The notes under the pieces are model-generated. The model was not told the origin of the DNA. It saw nothing but the letters and a program-made list of their open reading frames with translations, and did no database searches. A stretch of 64,000 nt of DNA. Origin: Eledone cirrhosa. Taxonomy: Eukaryota. Below are positions 11,078-24,778 of the stretch, in pieces. How positions within the stretch are numbered: position 1 is the first letter of the stretch; each line of letters opens with the position of its first letter. A program made the position numbers and the translations under genes. Location of the stretch: contig OZ024743.1 in the NCBI GenBank assembly GCA_964016885.1, positions 49,662,001 to 49,726,000 of the forward strand, given 5' to 3'.

Positions 11078-14000
11078 CATCATCATCAACGTTTAACGTC
11101 CGTGTTCCACGCTTGCATGGGTTTGGACGGGGGTATTCCCACTTGAGGCAAGAGTGATTGTCTTGCTCGCATAGGACTGTCTGGCAGGTTTTCTACAGTT
11201 GGATGCCCTTCCTAACACCAACCACATTTACAGTGTGGGTCTGGGAGGTTTTTACCGTGTTGCCTACACGGCCACATTACAGCGTGGACTGTGTGTTTTT
11301 TTGTCGTGACACCTACACGATCTCATTTGTTTCGGCCTGGATGGTGTGGCACCAACATAACTTTACATAGAAGGGGGCGGTGTGGATGGGGTGGGGGTGG
11401 TGGGACGGGGGTGTATTTTGTTAGAGATGCCTACTGACTGTAGTAGGTTTTACTTTGTATTTGGGTAAGGCGGGTCTTCTCTATTACTGAGTACCGCCAA
11501 AGGTCTCGGTCCAGTGACATTGTCTTGGTGATGTGTAAGTGTGTGAGGTCGGAGTTTGTCAGCTCGTCCCAGGTTTTTCTGGGTCTGCCTATTCCGTGGC
11601 TACCGTCTATCTTTATTGCCCTGCACTTTGTTATACAGCTATCGTCCTTCATGCGCATCACGTGACCATACCAACGTAGCCTTCTCTCTAGTAAACAACA
11701 TCTGATCCCTCTTATTTCTAATTTTTTCCTTAGTTCGTTTATGCTTTGTCGTTCACGTATATTACTATTACACATCCAGCGGAGCATGCAAGCTTCGTTT
11801 CTCTCTAGTCTGCATATATCCTCTGCACACAATGCCCAGGTCTCAATGCCATGCAACATTGCTGTTCGTATGCAGGCATCGTACAGCCTGCCTTTCATTT
11901 TTAGGGAGAACCCTTTAGCGGCTAATAGTGGTATAAGCTCTCTGAACTTTTTCCACCCAGTTTTGACTCTAGCTACTGTACTTTCAGAGCACCCTCCCCC
12001 ACTGCTGATTTTGTCACCCAGGTAACGGAAGCTGTCCACTATTTCTATAGAACCCTCTGCGCAGTTGAAAGAGCTAGTATTTTGTGGGCACTTGCTGCTA
12101 CTTATATCCCCAGAACACCGGCCACATGTAAAATCTATGTTCTTAGTTAGCTTACCTGTGATCCCACTACATCTTTTATGCACCCAAACTTTGCATTTGG
12201 GACACAAAATGGAATTTCTACCTACGCCTTTCCTACACTCTGCGCATGGCCACTTCCCGGAGGGGACCGCCGCCTTATTTTCTTTCTTACAAACTAGAAC
12301 TTTAGTCTTAGCTAGGTTAATTTTAAGGCCTTTTGATTCTAGGCCGTGCTTCCATGTTTGGAATTTCTTCTCTAGCTCGGCCATTGATTCAGCTATGAGC
12401 GTTAGATCATCTGTGTATAGGAGTTCCCATGGGCAGCCGGTCTTGAACTCCACTGTTATAGCCTGGAGGGCAATAATAAATAGTAGGGGGCTAAGAACAG
12501 AGCCCTGATGAACACCAACTTTTACACTAAACTCTTCACTATATTCGTTGTTAATTCTAACCTTGCTAACTGTTTCTTTATACATGGCTTGTATAGCTCT
12601 CACAAGCCATTCATCAACACCTAGTTTTCTAAGAGCCCACCAGATAATGGAACGGGGGACTCTGTCGAAGGCCTTCTCCAAGTCGACGAAAGCTAAGTAT
12701 AGGGGTTTACTTTTAGCTAGGTACTTCTCCTGTAGTTGTCGTACAATGAAAAGAGCGTCTGTGGTACTTTTTCCTGACACAAACCCGAACTGCATTTCAT
12801 CTAGATCAATTCGCTCTCTGATTAGTTGCGCTATAACTTTTTCCGTGACCTTCATGACCTGGTCGATTAATTTAATGCCTCTATAGTTACTCCTATCTAG
12901 GGCATCTCCTTTACCCTTATAACAGTTAACGATAATGCTGCTGCGCCAGTCCTTCGGAACAACCCCATTCTGTATGACTTGGTTGACTATCCGGGTGACC
13001 ATGGTGTGTCCCACCGTACCAGATACCTTGAGCATCTCGGCAACTATTTCCGAAGGCCCAGCCGCCTTGCCTGTCTTCATATCTTTGATTGCCTTACTTA
13101 TTATACTACCCTCGACTAACACTGCTGGTCCCTCTATTGGGTCGATGTGAGGGAGACTGTCTTTCTCCCATTTATTCTCCTCATTTAGTAGCCTTTCATA
13201 GTGACACTGCCAAGCTACCTTCTTATCGGCGTCGGTGATGGCAAGTATGCCGTCATCGTTAAGTACACACTTCTCCCCGACAATATTACTGTTTTCCTTG
13301 ACACATTGCCTAGCAATCCTGAACACCTCACGTTTTTGGTCATCGCGTTGTAGAACATGCTTGAACTTTCTTTCCTCTGCTTCCTTTCTTGCGAAGTACA
13401 CTTGTCTCCTAGCTTCCCTCCTGGCCACTTGATAGTCTTCTCTGCTTCCCCCATCCCGCCATACTTTCCAAGTCTGCTTTTTGGCCTTAATTGACCCCTC
13501 CACCTTACTGTTCCACCACCATGTTACTCTCCTCCTGCCTACAGGCCTGCTCCAGCCACAGACTTCGTCTGCCGCCGTCAGCAGGTTTGCTTTCAGGAAT
13601 TCCCACTGTTCCTCTACCTTGTACGTCTCTAATTGCTCTTCCTCACTGTCGAAAGCATCAAGTAATATGCTTTGGAATTTATTTTTGGCTGTGGGGTCCT
13701 TTAGCTTCCATATTTTTCTCCTGAGGATAGTCCTCTTCTGTTGTCTAGTACGTCTCGTCCTGACTATTAGGTCGCTAATTATCAGTCTATGTTGGGAAGT
13801 GCATTCTTCATGGGGGAGGGATTTAGTGTTTACGACAGTCACTTTGTCACGTCTTCTGGTAAGGATATAATCTACCTGGCTAGTATGTTCCCCTGATCTG
13901 TAGGTGATCAAGTGATTGTCTCGTTTTTTGAAGTTAGTGTTGCAGATAGTTAGGTTATTTGCATCGCAGAATTCCAGGATTCTGGAGCCTTCCTCATTTC

Positions 14001-14700
14001 TAGTACCAAACCCATAGCCTCCATGGATTTCGTCGTAACCGTCACAATGTTGTCCAACCTGACCGTTTAGGTCGCCTACAATAATTATATAGTCACTGTC
14101 GGTTATTTGGGAGGTAGTGAGCATCAGTGTCTCATAGAATCTGTCTTTTATAGTGCCGGGCAGTCCGGATTGGGGTGCGTACGCGGATATTACTGTCACC
14201 GTAGTTCTATTGAGGACAAGTCTTATTTTAATTATTCTGTCGTTCACTCTATTTACGTCTATTATCTTATCTGCCCACTTTTCTGCTACCATGATTCCTA
14301 CTCCACCCAGCCCATTGTCGTTTCCCACCCAGAAAAGCTTATAGCATCGTTTTCTACCCACAATGTATCTAGCAGATCCACCCCTCCACCTGGTCTCTTG
14401 GATACAACAAACATCGACCTCCTTAAGGTGCCTACATTGAAGGTACCAAATCTGAAGTTTTGGATTGCGTTTGGGGGGTTGGGAGCGGGGGGAGTTGGGG
14501 TTATGTTAGCCATCCGCGGCCGAAACAAAGAGGCATGCTCGCATTTTCGTCCTCGAGGTGTGATTGTCTTTAACTTTGGCATTGTCGTCCAGATTTTTCT
14601 CTCTTCAACTCTCCGGAACTCCGTAGTCCTTCCATCCTACATATCGAAGGCGACCAGGTAAGCGATAGTATAGGCCTCTGGCTTATGATTGGTCCACATA
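11078..14700 (-). mobile_element. Near full-length RTE-clade LINE (AP endonuclease, RT, PHD-like Zn finger)
   Basis: 976-aa ORF 11431-14361 with GDLNG, VDYIL and SQHR (APE); DLEKAFD, GVHQGS and YTDD (RT); C-x2-C...C-x2-C..H..C...C-x2-C finger. The N-terminal GTFNVGTL lies in another frame. Confidence 0.95.
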
Positions 14701-15283
14701 ATAATAATGGTGGTGTGTGGGGGCGGGAGGGAGGGGTGTTGAGTTGTTAGCGAGAAGATAGGTTTAAGTGAGAACCCCGTATTAACGAACAAAAATACAA
14801 GATTTGTTTAGTAAATATACGTCAAAAACTCCGTATTTTTACAAGCATGACAGAAATACAAGAGATTTGTTTTGGAAAATACATGGGGAATGGAAAGAGG
14901 ATAGAAAAAATGCTGTTGGAAGGACTATGGAGTTAGGCGTATGTTAGAAGAGGTGGAAAAATGAGTACATTACATTTTAACCATGAATGGATGAAGTTAC
15001 AGCCACAAGTTTGGCGAAAGTGAATTACTTTGTCTTATATATGTATCTGGGTTGGGTAGAGAGAGAGAGAGGGGTGGGTGGTGGTGGATGGGAAGGAGAT
15101 ATTAAGGAGCGGGAATAAGAGTTTGAAATAGTAACATATATTGAAATATTGTTAAGAGTTTGAAGTAACAAATATATTTAAAATATTTGTATATGAGAAG
15201 ATAGATTTAAGTGAGAACCCCGTATTAACGAACAAAAATACAAGATTTGTTTAGTAAATATACGTCAAAAACTCCGTATTTTT

Positions 15284-15315
<32 letters not shown>

Positions 15316-15360
15316 GTTATAGGAATAACCAAAGAGTGCTTAGAAATACATTGTTGTATT

Positions 15361-15407
15361 AGCTAACAGTGTTTCATCCATACCCCTTGGCAGGAATCAT
15401 CAGAGCC
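15361..15407 (-). ncRNA. Type I hammerhead ribozyme candidate
   Basis: Minus strand: ggct-CTGATGA-ttcctgccaaggggtatggat-GAAA-cactg-TT-agct; next to (TA)n. Confidence 0.55.
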
Positions 15408-15749
15408 TATAAACAAGAGTATATCAATAGTTGTATGCTCCATCGAGCTGCGTCACCAGAACAAGGTTAAAGGACCAGCAGGGGGTCCCGAGGCCAGCGC
15501 TATATGGAAAAAAACAGAATACATGATGCTCATAATGTCATAAAATGTCTTAAAAAATTTAAAAATTACACCAAAAATTCATCACTTAAAAGGTGCAATA
15601 GATGATAAAGAGGTTGGGAAAGGGTAGCAAGGGATGAGTTTCAGAATATATATGGTTATGGGGGTCTATCTTCAAAACCTTAGGAGGAGTTTGTGAACAA
15701 ACAAACAAACAAACAAACAGACAGGAATACAACTTTATGATTATAGATA

Positions 15750-16072
15750 TGAAGGAACATGGCTTAGTGGTAAGAGCATTGGGCTTGCAATTGAAAGGTT
15801 GTGTGTTCGATTCTCGGACTGGGTGATGTGTTGTGTCCTTGAGCAATACACTTTATTTCACGTTGCTCCAGTTTACTCAACTGTAGAAACGAGTTGCGGC
15901 ATCACTGATACCAAGCTGTATCGGTCATTGCCTTTCCCTTGGACAACATCGGTGGCATGAAGAGGAGAGGCTGGTATGCATAGACGACTGCTGCTCTTCC
16001 TTAAAAACAACCTTGCCTGGACTTGTACATCTGAGGGAAACTTTCTAGGTGCAAATCACATGGTCATTTGTG
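15750..16072 (+). mobile_element. tRNA-derived SINE, family B
   Basis: tggcttagtggtaag A-box and gttcgattc B-box; same core as 5466. Confidence 0.85.
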
Positions 16073-16591
16073 ATATATATATATATATCCCTATCTATCA
16101 TATATATATTATATATATATATATCTGTCTCTGTTGCTATTGTATAATCAAGGGTTAGCTTGAAAGTTCATAGGCTGACTATGAAGGATTTATGCCTGTG
16201 AATTCTTGTGCGCATTAATTTCAACTCTTCTTATTAATAAGTGTATTGTTTCTTTTCAAGGACTATGTTAAAAAATAAACCTCATTTAGTCAATCCAGGA
16301 GAGTATCGTGCTGAGCCTTTGAACATTTCAGCCAACCCTCCTACTATACACTATACATCTGTATACCCATATTCATCTTATACATCACTATATTCTACAG
16401 ACACCTGTATATAATTTATCTCTATATGCCATATATATTATATCTATACTCTATATATACTCTATCTCTCTATATATTATATATATACTCTATATATACT
16501 CTATATATTATATATATATACTTTATCTCTATATATATTATATATATTCTCTATATCTATATATATATATATATATGTGTCTTTTCTACAG

Positions 16592-16673
16592 GGAACTGCT
16601 GCGGTTCTACAGAGACGAGCTGATAATGAAGAACCTATTGAAGTAGGACGTTTGGGTCCGTCAGATTATTTTG
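16592..16673 (+). CDS. PRKAR1: PKA-RI exon ([27 protein letters not shown])
   Basis: ttctacAG acceptor and GTaaat donor; 82 nt; matches [13 protein letters not shown]. Confidence 0.95.
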
Positions 16674-16699
16674 GTAAATATCACTGTCATATTCTTTGA

Positions 16700-17090
16700 A
16701 ACTCTAGTTGTTACATATGTCATATCACTGGGACTGTAGTTGTGATATCACACACTGCTATGTCATATCACTGGGACTGTAGTTGTGATATCACACACTG
16801 CTATGTCATAGCTCTGGTATTGTAATTATGACATCACACACTGATATGTCATATCTCTAGAACTGTAATTGTGACATCACACACTGTTAGATCATATATT
16901 TGCAACTATAATTGTCACTTATGTCATATTTTGGAAGTAATTGTGACCTCACTCATTGATATGGAACAGTAATTGTGACATGTCATATCTCTGGAATAGT
17001 AGCTGTGACATCCCACACTGTTAGGTCATATGTTTACAAATGTAACTGCCACTTATGTCATATCTCTGGCACCATAGTTGTGATGTCACA
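16700..17090. repeat. ~43-bp degenerate minisatellite directly after the exon donor
   Basis: atgtcatatcactgggactgtagttgtgatatcacacactgct repeated at 16717 and 16760, then decaying. Confidence 0.8.
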
Positions 17091-17274
17091 ATGTTGTAGA
17101 GGTGATCATTGGAGCTTCAGATTAAATGTTTTGTGGTGTCTTTATGGCTATCCACATTTCCTGCTAGAAATAGCAACCAAATACTCCTCTGAATGTTGTA
17201 CATGCTTGTTAAGTGGTTTGATATGAGACTGGGTTGAAGCAATTACATCATGGAAGAGACATTTTAGCCATTTA

Positions 17275-19122
17275 AAACACAAACACCACACATAAACAAC
17301 ACACACACACAACAATACACAGCACATACAACACCACACATAAACAACACACACAACAATACACAGCACATACAACACCAGACACAACACACACAAATAC
17401 ACGCAATATACAGCACATACATACACAACACATACAAATACACACAACAATACACAGCACATACAACACCACACACACACAACACACAAATATACACAAC
17501 AATACACACACAGACATACATACACAAACACACACAACATCCCACACACATACAACACCACACAGACAACACAACACACCACAATACCACACAACACAAC
17601 ACAACACAACACAGACAACACACAACACCACAACACACAACACCACACAACACAACACCACACAACACACCACACAACACAACACAACACAACACAACAC
17701 AGACAACACACAACACCACACCACACCACACAACACACCACACCACAACACTACACAACACACCACAACACTACACAACACACCACAACACTACACAACA
17801 CCACACAACACAACACAACACAACACAACACAACACAACACAACACAACACAACACAACACAACACACCACACCACACCACACCACACCACACCACACCA
17901 CACCACAACACAACACAACACAACACAACACACCACACCACACCACACCACACCACACCACACCACACCACACCACACCACACCACACCACACCACACCA
18001 CACCACACCACACCACACCACACCACACCACACCACACCACACCACACCACACCACACAACACAACACAGACAACACACAACACCACACCACACAACACC
18101 ACACAACACACCACAACACCACACACCACAACACAACACAACACAACACAACAGAACACAACACAACACAACACAACACACAACACCACACAACACACAA
18201 CACACCACAACACCACACAACACAACACAACACAACACAGACAACACACAACACCACACCACACCACACAACACCTCACCACACAACACAACACAACACA
18301 ACACAGACAACACACAACACCACACCACACCACACAACACCACACCACACAACACCACACAACACACCACAACACCACACAACACAACACAACACAACAC
18401 AACACACACAACACAACACAACACAACACAACACAGACAACACCACACCACACAACACCACACAACACCACACAACACAACACAGACAACACACAACACC
18501 ACACAACACAACACAGACAACACACAACACCACACAACACAACACAGACAACACACAACACCACACAACACACCACAACACAACACAACACAACACCACA
18601 CAGACAACACACAACACACCACAACACACAACACACCACAACACCACACAACACAACACAACACAACACAGACAACACACAACACCACACCACACCACAC
18701 AACACCTCACCACACAACACAACACAACACAACACAGACAACACACAACACCACACCACACCACACAACACCACACCACACAACACCACACAACACACCA
18801 CAACACCACACAACACAACACAACACAACACAACACACAACACACAACACAACACAACACAACACAGACAACACCACACCACACAACACCACACAACACC
18901 ACACAACACAACACAGACAACACACAACACCACACAACACAACACAGACAACACACAACACCACACAACACAACACAGACAACACACAACACCACACAAC
19001 ACACCACAACACAACACAACACAACACCACACAGACAACACACAACACACCACAACACACAACACACAACACCACACAACACACAACACACAACACCACA
19101 CAACACAACACAACACAACAGA
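17275..19122. repeat. CAACA/CACCA pentamer satellite with higher-order duplication
   Basis: Pentamer arrays; the block containing cacctcacc recurs ~431 bp apart (18276 vs 18707). Confidence 0.9.
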
Positions 19123-19184
19123 CAAATCTTCATGGCTTTAAAGTCTGTTCCAAGTTGTTAATCTATTGTGTGTTCTCTTTACAG

Positions 19185-19357
19185 GAGAGATTGCTCTGTT
19201 ACTTGACCGACCTCGTGCCGCTACAGTTGTTGCCCGCGGGCCCCTCAAGTGTGTCAAACTAGATCGAGCCAGGTTTGAACGTGTCCTTGGTCCATGTTCG
19301 GATATTCTTAAACGAAACATCTCCCAGTACAACAGCTTTGTCTCCCTGTCTGTGTAA
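19185..19357 (+). CDS. PRKAR1: PKA-RI last coding exon ([57 protein letters not shown])
   Basis: tttacAG acceptor; phosphate-binding cassette GEIALL..PRAAT; RI-type C-terminus YNSFVSLSV then TAA. Confidence 0.97.
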
Positions 19358-19544
19358 ATAAAGTTATAGACACCCTTCCTAGTTTTGGCTTCTGTCTGCC
19401 ATCAAATATGTGAGCCAAGAAATTGTGCTTCACTTTTAATACTCCCCCCTCCCTCTCCCTTACTCCCTCTCTCTCTCTCTGCAATCTCTCCTCCGAATAT
19501 ATTTCTCTGTTTCTCTTTCTCTGTATTTCTCTTCTTTTTCTTTT

Positions 19545-19643
<99 letters not shown>

Positions 19644-20331
19644 AATACCTATCTGTTTATCTACTTACCTACCTGCCTATCTACCTAACCACCTACATAC
19701 ATACATACACACACACACATTACATACATAGCTACCTATCTACCTACACATATCTCTCTCTCTCTCGATCTATCTATCTATTTAAACTTTGTATTTGTCC
19801 CCTTCTTTTGTGCCCCTGTGGCTAATAAAGAAACATCTATTTAAACAACAAAGGTTGACTTCAGCACTAAAAAAAACCAAAACCAAAAAAAGTAAGTAAA
19901 TAAAAAATAAAAGAATCAACCATTAAAATATTTCTTCAGATCTTCGTTGTGTGGGAGTGTGGGTTGACAGGGAGGGGGTAGCTGTCTTTACCTTCTGCTT
20001 CTTCCCTATTCCTCAGACCTTCAATGCCAATGTGTATGGTTGGGGTTGGCAAAAAAGAGGGGTAGCTGACTGCTCCCCACATTTCTCTAGAAAAGAAGGG
20101 TTTTATTCCTGGCCCTAAATGAGAATCTGTAACTCAGACAAGAGGGAGGTCCTTACATCACCCTTCTCCCACCTTCACTGCTGAACATTGTCAATTAGGG
20201 TCATTACATCTCTTATACTCCATCTTATTTTCTTCACTTAGATTTTTAAAATCTCTTTCTCACTCTCTTCCTCTCCTCTCTCTCTCTCTCTGTATACACA
20301 CACACACACTCTCACATCCATACAAAAATGT

Positions 20332-20420
<89 letters not shown>

Positions 20421-20424
<4 letters not shown>

Positions 20425-20612
20425 AAAAAGTATGATCCTGACGGCAGAGCTCAAGCCGTTTCGATGGCTATTTCTGGACTGAAATAGCCGTCAAAACGGC
20501 TTGAGCTCTGCCGTTGGGGTCATACTTTTTCCTATTTCCCACTCTACTACCCTAAGTATTGAGTACTCTAGTGCGTTATGGACCATCTGGTTCCTTACCA
20601 CAATTCCTTTAT
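20421..20612. mobile_element. TA-flanked palindromic element carrying the 3' half of the 51689 hammerhead family
   Basis: Inverted arms 20422-20533 containing tagccgtc(g)aaacggcttgagctctgccgt.ggggtc; related copies at 29430, 31055, 43805, 51675. Confidence 0.75.
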
Positions 20613-20704
20613 TATATATATATATATATGATGTTGATAGCAGGTCTAGGTTTCTCTCTCATTATGCCCTTGTGGCTAATAAATGAAATCATTATTAGTT
20701 ATGT

Positions 20705-20890
20705 GGATTGGCAGTATCGGTAGAGGGTCAGACACCATGCTTTGACGCATAGTTATGGCCCTTTCCATTCTGAGTTCAAATCCCGCCGAGGTCAACTTTG
20801 CCTTTCATCCTTACGGGGTCGATAAAATAAAGTACCAGTAATGTGTACTGGGTAATTGCTGGCCTTGTGCAAAAAGTAGAAACAATTATT
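20705..20890 (+). mobile_element. tRNA-derived SINE, family A (Meta/Sauria-like core)
   Basis: gagttcaaatccc B-box; tttgcctttcatccttacggggtcgataaaataaagtaccag core; further copies at 22675, 25085, 26312(-), 36155(-), 43585(-), 48908, 58270(-). Confidence 0.85.
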
Positions 20891-21411
20891 AGTTATGTGG
20901 AATACAAATAATGTTGTTGATCTATAAATGATATCAATGTTTTTGTTGTTATACATGTTGGCACAACAACAACAACAACAACAAAAACAACTATTTTTGT
21001 GTTTTTGTGCTGAGAAATAGGAAGAATTATATTTTGGTGAATTCTTCTTACTTGCAATAGACTTCTCGACTCCTTCTCCTCCTTCCACCGCCACCACCAT
21101 AACCTTACTCTGGGAGACTCACAGACAGACATATGTAGAGTTTAAGATTACAGAAAAAAAAAAAAAAAAATATATATAAAAAAAAAATAATGATTCTGTT
21201 GTTGTTGTTGTTGTTGTTGTTGTTAACTGTTTGTTTTTTAATCGTTATTGACTAGGAGAGGAGAGGCTAGTTGTGGTGTTTTGTGAGGTAAATCCAAGAT
21301 TTAAGACTCCACCAATACCCTATCAATCAGCTGGAATTTTCTACTCTATTCTTCATCATTCAATTACTGCTGTGATTGGATCTATTCAGTGTTACTGTTC
21401 CTCTTTACTGC

Positions 21412-21610
21412 AGCACCCAGCCACCTAACTACCCAGCTACCTAACTACCCAGCGACCCAACCACCCAGCTACCCAACCACCCAGCCACCCAGCCACCCAG
21501 CCACCTGGCCACCCAACCACCCGGCCACCCAACCACCCGGCCACCCAACCACCCGGCCACCCAACCACCCAGCCACCCAGCCACCCAACCGCCCAGCCAC
21601 CCAACCACCC
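21412..21610. repeat. 8-bp repeat (cccagcca/cccaacca)
   Basis: Tandem units. Confidence 0.85.
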
Positions 21611-21867
21611 TCATTTAGCCACAGTTCAAGACCTATTAACACTCTTCAGACTGATCAAAAACACTCTCTGGCATATCTTTCTCTCTTTTCTGTTGCATTT
21701 ATTCAAAAAAAGATTTTTGAACAGATTACACAGGATATTCTCTAGAACTTTCCTCATACTCCAACCTGTCATATCTTCTATGTCAACTGTCCTGTGTAGT
21801 CCCCACTTAACAATATACACACAATCTCATATGGACCTCACAGACACAAACCATGTAGGTGTCCACT

Positions 21868-22318
21868 CACCAATACTATGTGGATGTCCAGTCACTAATA
21901 TAGACACCACAATACTAGGTGGATGTCCAGTCACTAATATAGACACCACAATACTAGGTGGACGTCCAGTCACTAATATAGACACCACAATACTAGGTGC
22001 ATGTCCCCTCACTAATGTAGATACCACAATACTATGTGGATGTCCAGTCACTAATATAGACACCACAATACTATGTGGATGTCCAGTCACTAATATAGAC
22101 ACCACAATACTATGTGGATGTCCAGTCACTAATATAGACACCACAATACTAGGTGGATGTCCAGTCACTAATATAGACACCACAATACTAGGTGGATGTC
22201 CAGTCACTAATATAGACACCACAATACTAGGTGGATGTCCAGTCACTAATATAGACACCACAATACTAGGTGGATGTCAAGTCACTAATATAGACACCAC
22301 AATACTAGGTGGATGTCC
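21868..22318. repeat. 33-bp minisatellite, ~13 copies
   Basis: gtggatgtccagtcactaatatagacaccacaatacta(g/t) in tandem, no spacers. Confidence 0.95.
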
Positions 22319-22929
22319 CCCCTAACTTTATACAGTGAAAATGTCTTCACAATCTGGAAAAAAAGATCTTATTTTTATTGGTTTTTGTGTCGTTGATGGA
22401 AGAGAGAGTGTAAGTAGATTGTGGCTGACTGTGAGCCACAGTTGTCTGATCAAGGACTGACCTCTATTGCTTCACTTCCTCCATAATTTAATATCTTTTA
22501 ATTCTTTTTCTCCCCCTCACCTTTGTCATTTTCTTTGATGTCTACATCCTGCCTATTCGTCAATGTGTTGCTATTACAGTATGGTGGAAAACATGCTATC
22601 ACATTTACTGGGCAATATATTGCTGTGACAGTAGATTAGGCACTGTACCTACAGTAGAAATCATTATCTTATATGCGGTAGATTGGCAGAATCGGTAGAG
22701 CTTTGTGCTTTGCGGCATATAGTTACGGTTCTTTACATTCTGAGTTCAAATCCTGTCATGGTTAGCTTTGCCTTTCATCATTACGGGGTCGATAAAATAA
22801 AGTACCAGTAATGCACTAGGGTTGATTTAATCGCCTTTTCTCTCCCTCCCCCCCCCCCAAAAAAAAAATTGGGGGCCTTGTGCCTGAATCAGAAATCATT
22901 ATATTGGGCACTGTACTACTATCCTTGTC

Positions 22930-23392
22930 AGTGTGTTGGTAATAGCAACACAGTGTTGCTAATACCAACACTGTGTTGCTAATGCCAACACTGTGTTGCT
23001 AATACCAACACAGTGTTGCTAATACCAACACAGTATTGGTATTAGCAACACAGTATTGCTAATACCAACACTGTGTTGCTAATACCAACACTGTTGCTAA
23101 TACCAACACTGTGTTGCTAATACCAACACTGTGTTGCTAATACCAACACTGTGTTGCTAATACCAACACTGTGTTGCTAATACCAACACTGTGTTGCTAA
23201 TACCAACACTGTGTTGCTAATACCAACACTGTGTTGCTAATACCAACACTGTGTTGCTAATACCAACACTGTGTTGCTAATACCAACACTGTGTTGCTAA
23301 TACCAACACTGTTGCTATGACCAACACTGTGTTGCTATGACCAACACTGTTTTGCTATGACCAACACTGTGTTGCTATCACCATAGCAACAT
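22930..23392. repeat. 20-bp quasi-palindromic minisatellite with inverted units
   Basis: tgtgttgctaataccaacac tandem; units at ~22933 and ~23033 are reversed. Confidence 0.9.
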
Positions 23393-23624
23393 AGTATCAT
23401 ACAATTTAATATTTCCAAGTATTCTCATTTTCTCCAAAACATTTTCATTTCTAGTTCTATATTTTGAAGTTTTATTAATTAGGTTGACAATCCTAATCTG
23501 ACCACCACAAAATGTATATGCTTCCAGCATAGATTGTTTATTTTATCTTATCTTTTATTATCTGTCTATACAAATGTCTCTAGCAGGGTTTAACAAGGCC
23601 AGATTTTCTGTTTTAAACTATTCA

Positions 23625-23668
<44 letters not shown>

Positions 23669-24742
23669 TATCTTTCATAGGTATAGGTATTCATTCAAAC
23701 ACATAGACTATGTAAATATGTGTATATGTTGCTTGCTGCTCATACACGTACTAAGCACACTTGTATGTTTAAATAATAATGAAATTTAAATAATAATGAA
23801 ATAATAATGAAATTTAACAGTTCCTTGTCTTACACACACACATATATATATACACACACACACACACACATGATTCCCTCTTGTTGCATACCTTATCTTT
23901 TAAATTCCTTCCATTGATCCTTCCTGATTAATGTGACAAGGTGGATGTAAATAATCAGACAAAATGACAAAGAGGTTTAGTGACGTCTGTTATTTTAGTA
24001 GCTACCTGCTCCATCCAATTCACCGATACCTACCGTAGGAGTTGGGCTGGAAGTTTTATTCTAGCTCTGCTGCATTGTTTTTCATTAGCTTACACTGTCT
24101 TTTCTTCTCTCTCTCTCTCACTCTGTATCATTCCCTCTGTCTTCTTTCTCTCATTCGTTAGCTTCTCTCTGTATCTCTCTTATCACCCTCTTTCATCTCT
24201 CTCTCTTTCTCTCTCTCTATTTTCACCTACAAACTTCTGTTCTGTAGTCAGTTTGCCAGCTCAACTCTGCTCAAGAGAGAGAGAGCGAGAGAGAGAAACT
24301 ATGATAATCACTGCTCAGTTCCCAGCCACTTGACAAACACTATTGATTATTTGTAGAATGTAGCTTGAATATAAAAGAATAAAATAAAATTTATTTAATT
24401 TCTTTACAGTTTAGAGGGAGGGAAGGAGAGTGTGTTAAAAGTTACCTGAAATGGTAGAAATAAGAATGTTTCACAAAAGATTGGCAAGCTGGGAATGAGG
24501 GAAATATTGATAATATTACTGGCACATGGTTGTCTTAGAGAAGTTAGAACATAACTTTTCTGTACACCACATATACATACACACTCATACAGATTAACTT
24601 ATATATATACACAGCAGGGAAAAGCAGACGCAAAATGATGATGATGATGATGATGAGTCTTTAAAAGCAGTGATGGCTAGCTGTGTGTGTATATAAATAT
24701 ATATATATATAGAGAGAGACACAGAGAAAACAGACATAAAAC

Positions 24743-24778
<36 letters not shown>

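Noticed and set aside
15750-15825. tRNA gene
   Set aside because: tRNA-like head of a repeated SINE; continues into the SINE core and lacks a clean cloverleaf.
17148-19133. Cys/Val-rich long ORFs
   Set aside because: Pentamer satellite translation inside an intron.
21693-22325. 210-aa ORF with GCPVTNIDTTIL repeats
   Set aside because: Translation of a 33-bp minisatellite; no splice or homology support.
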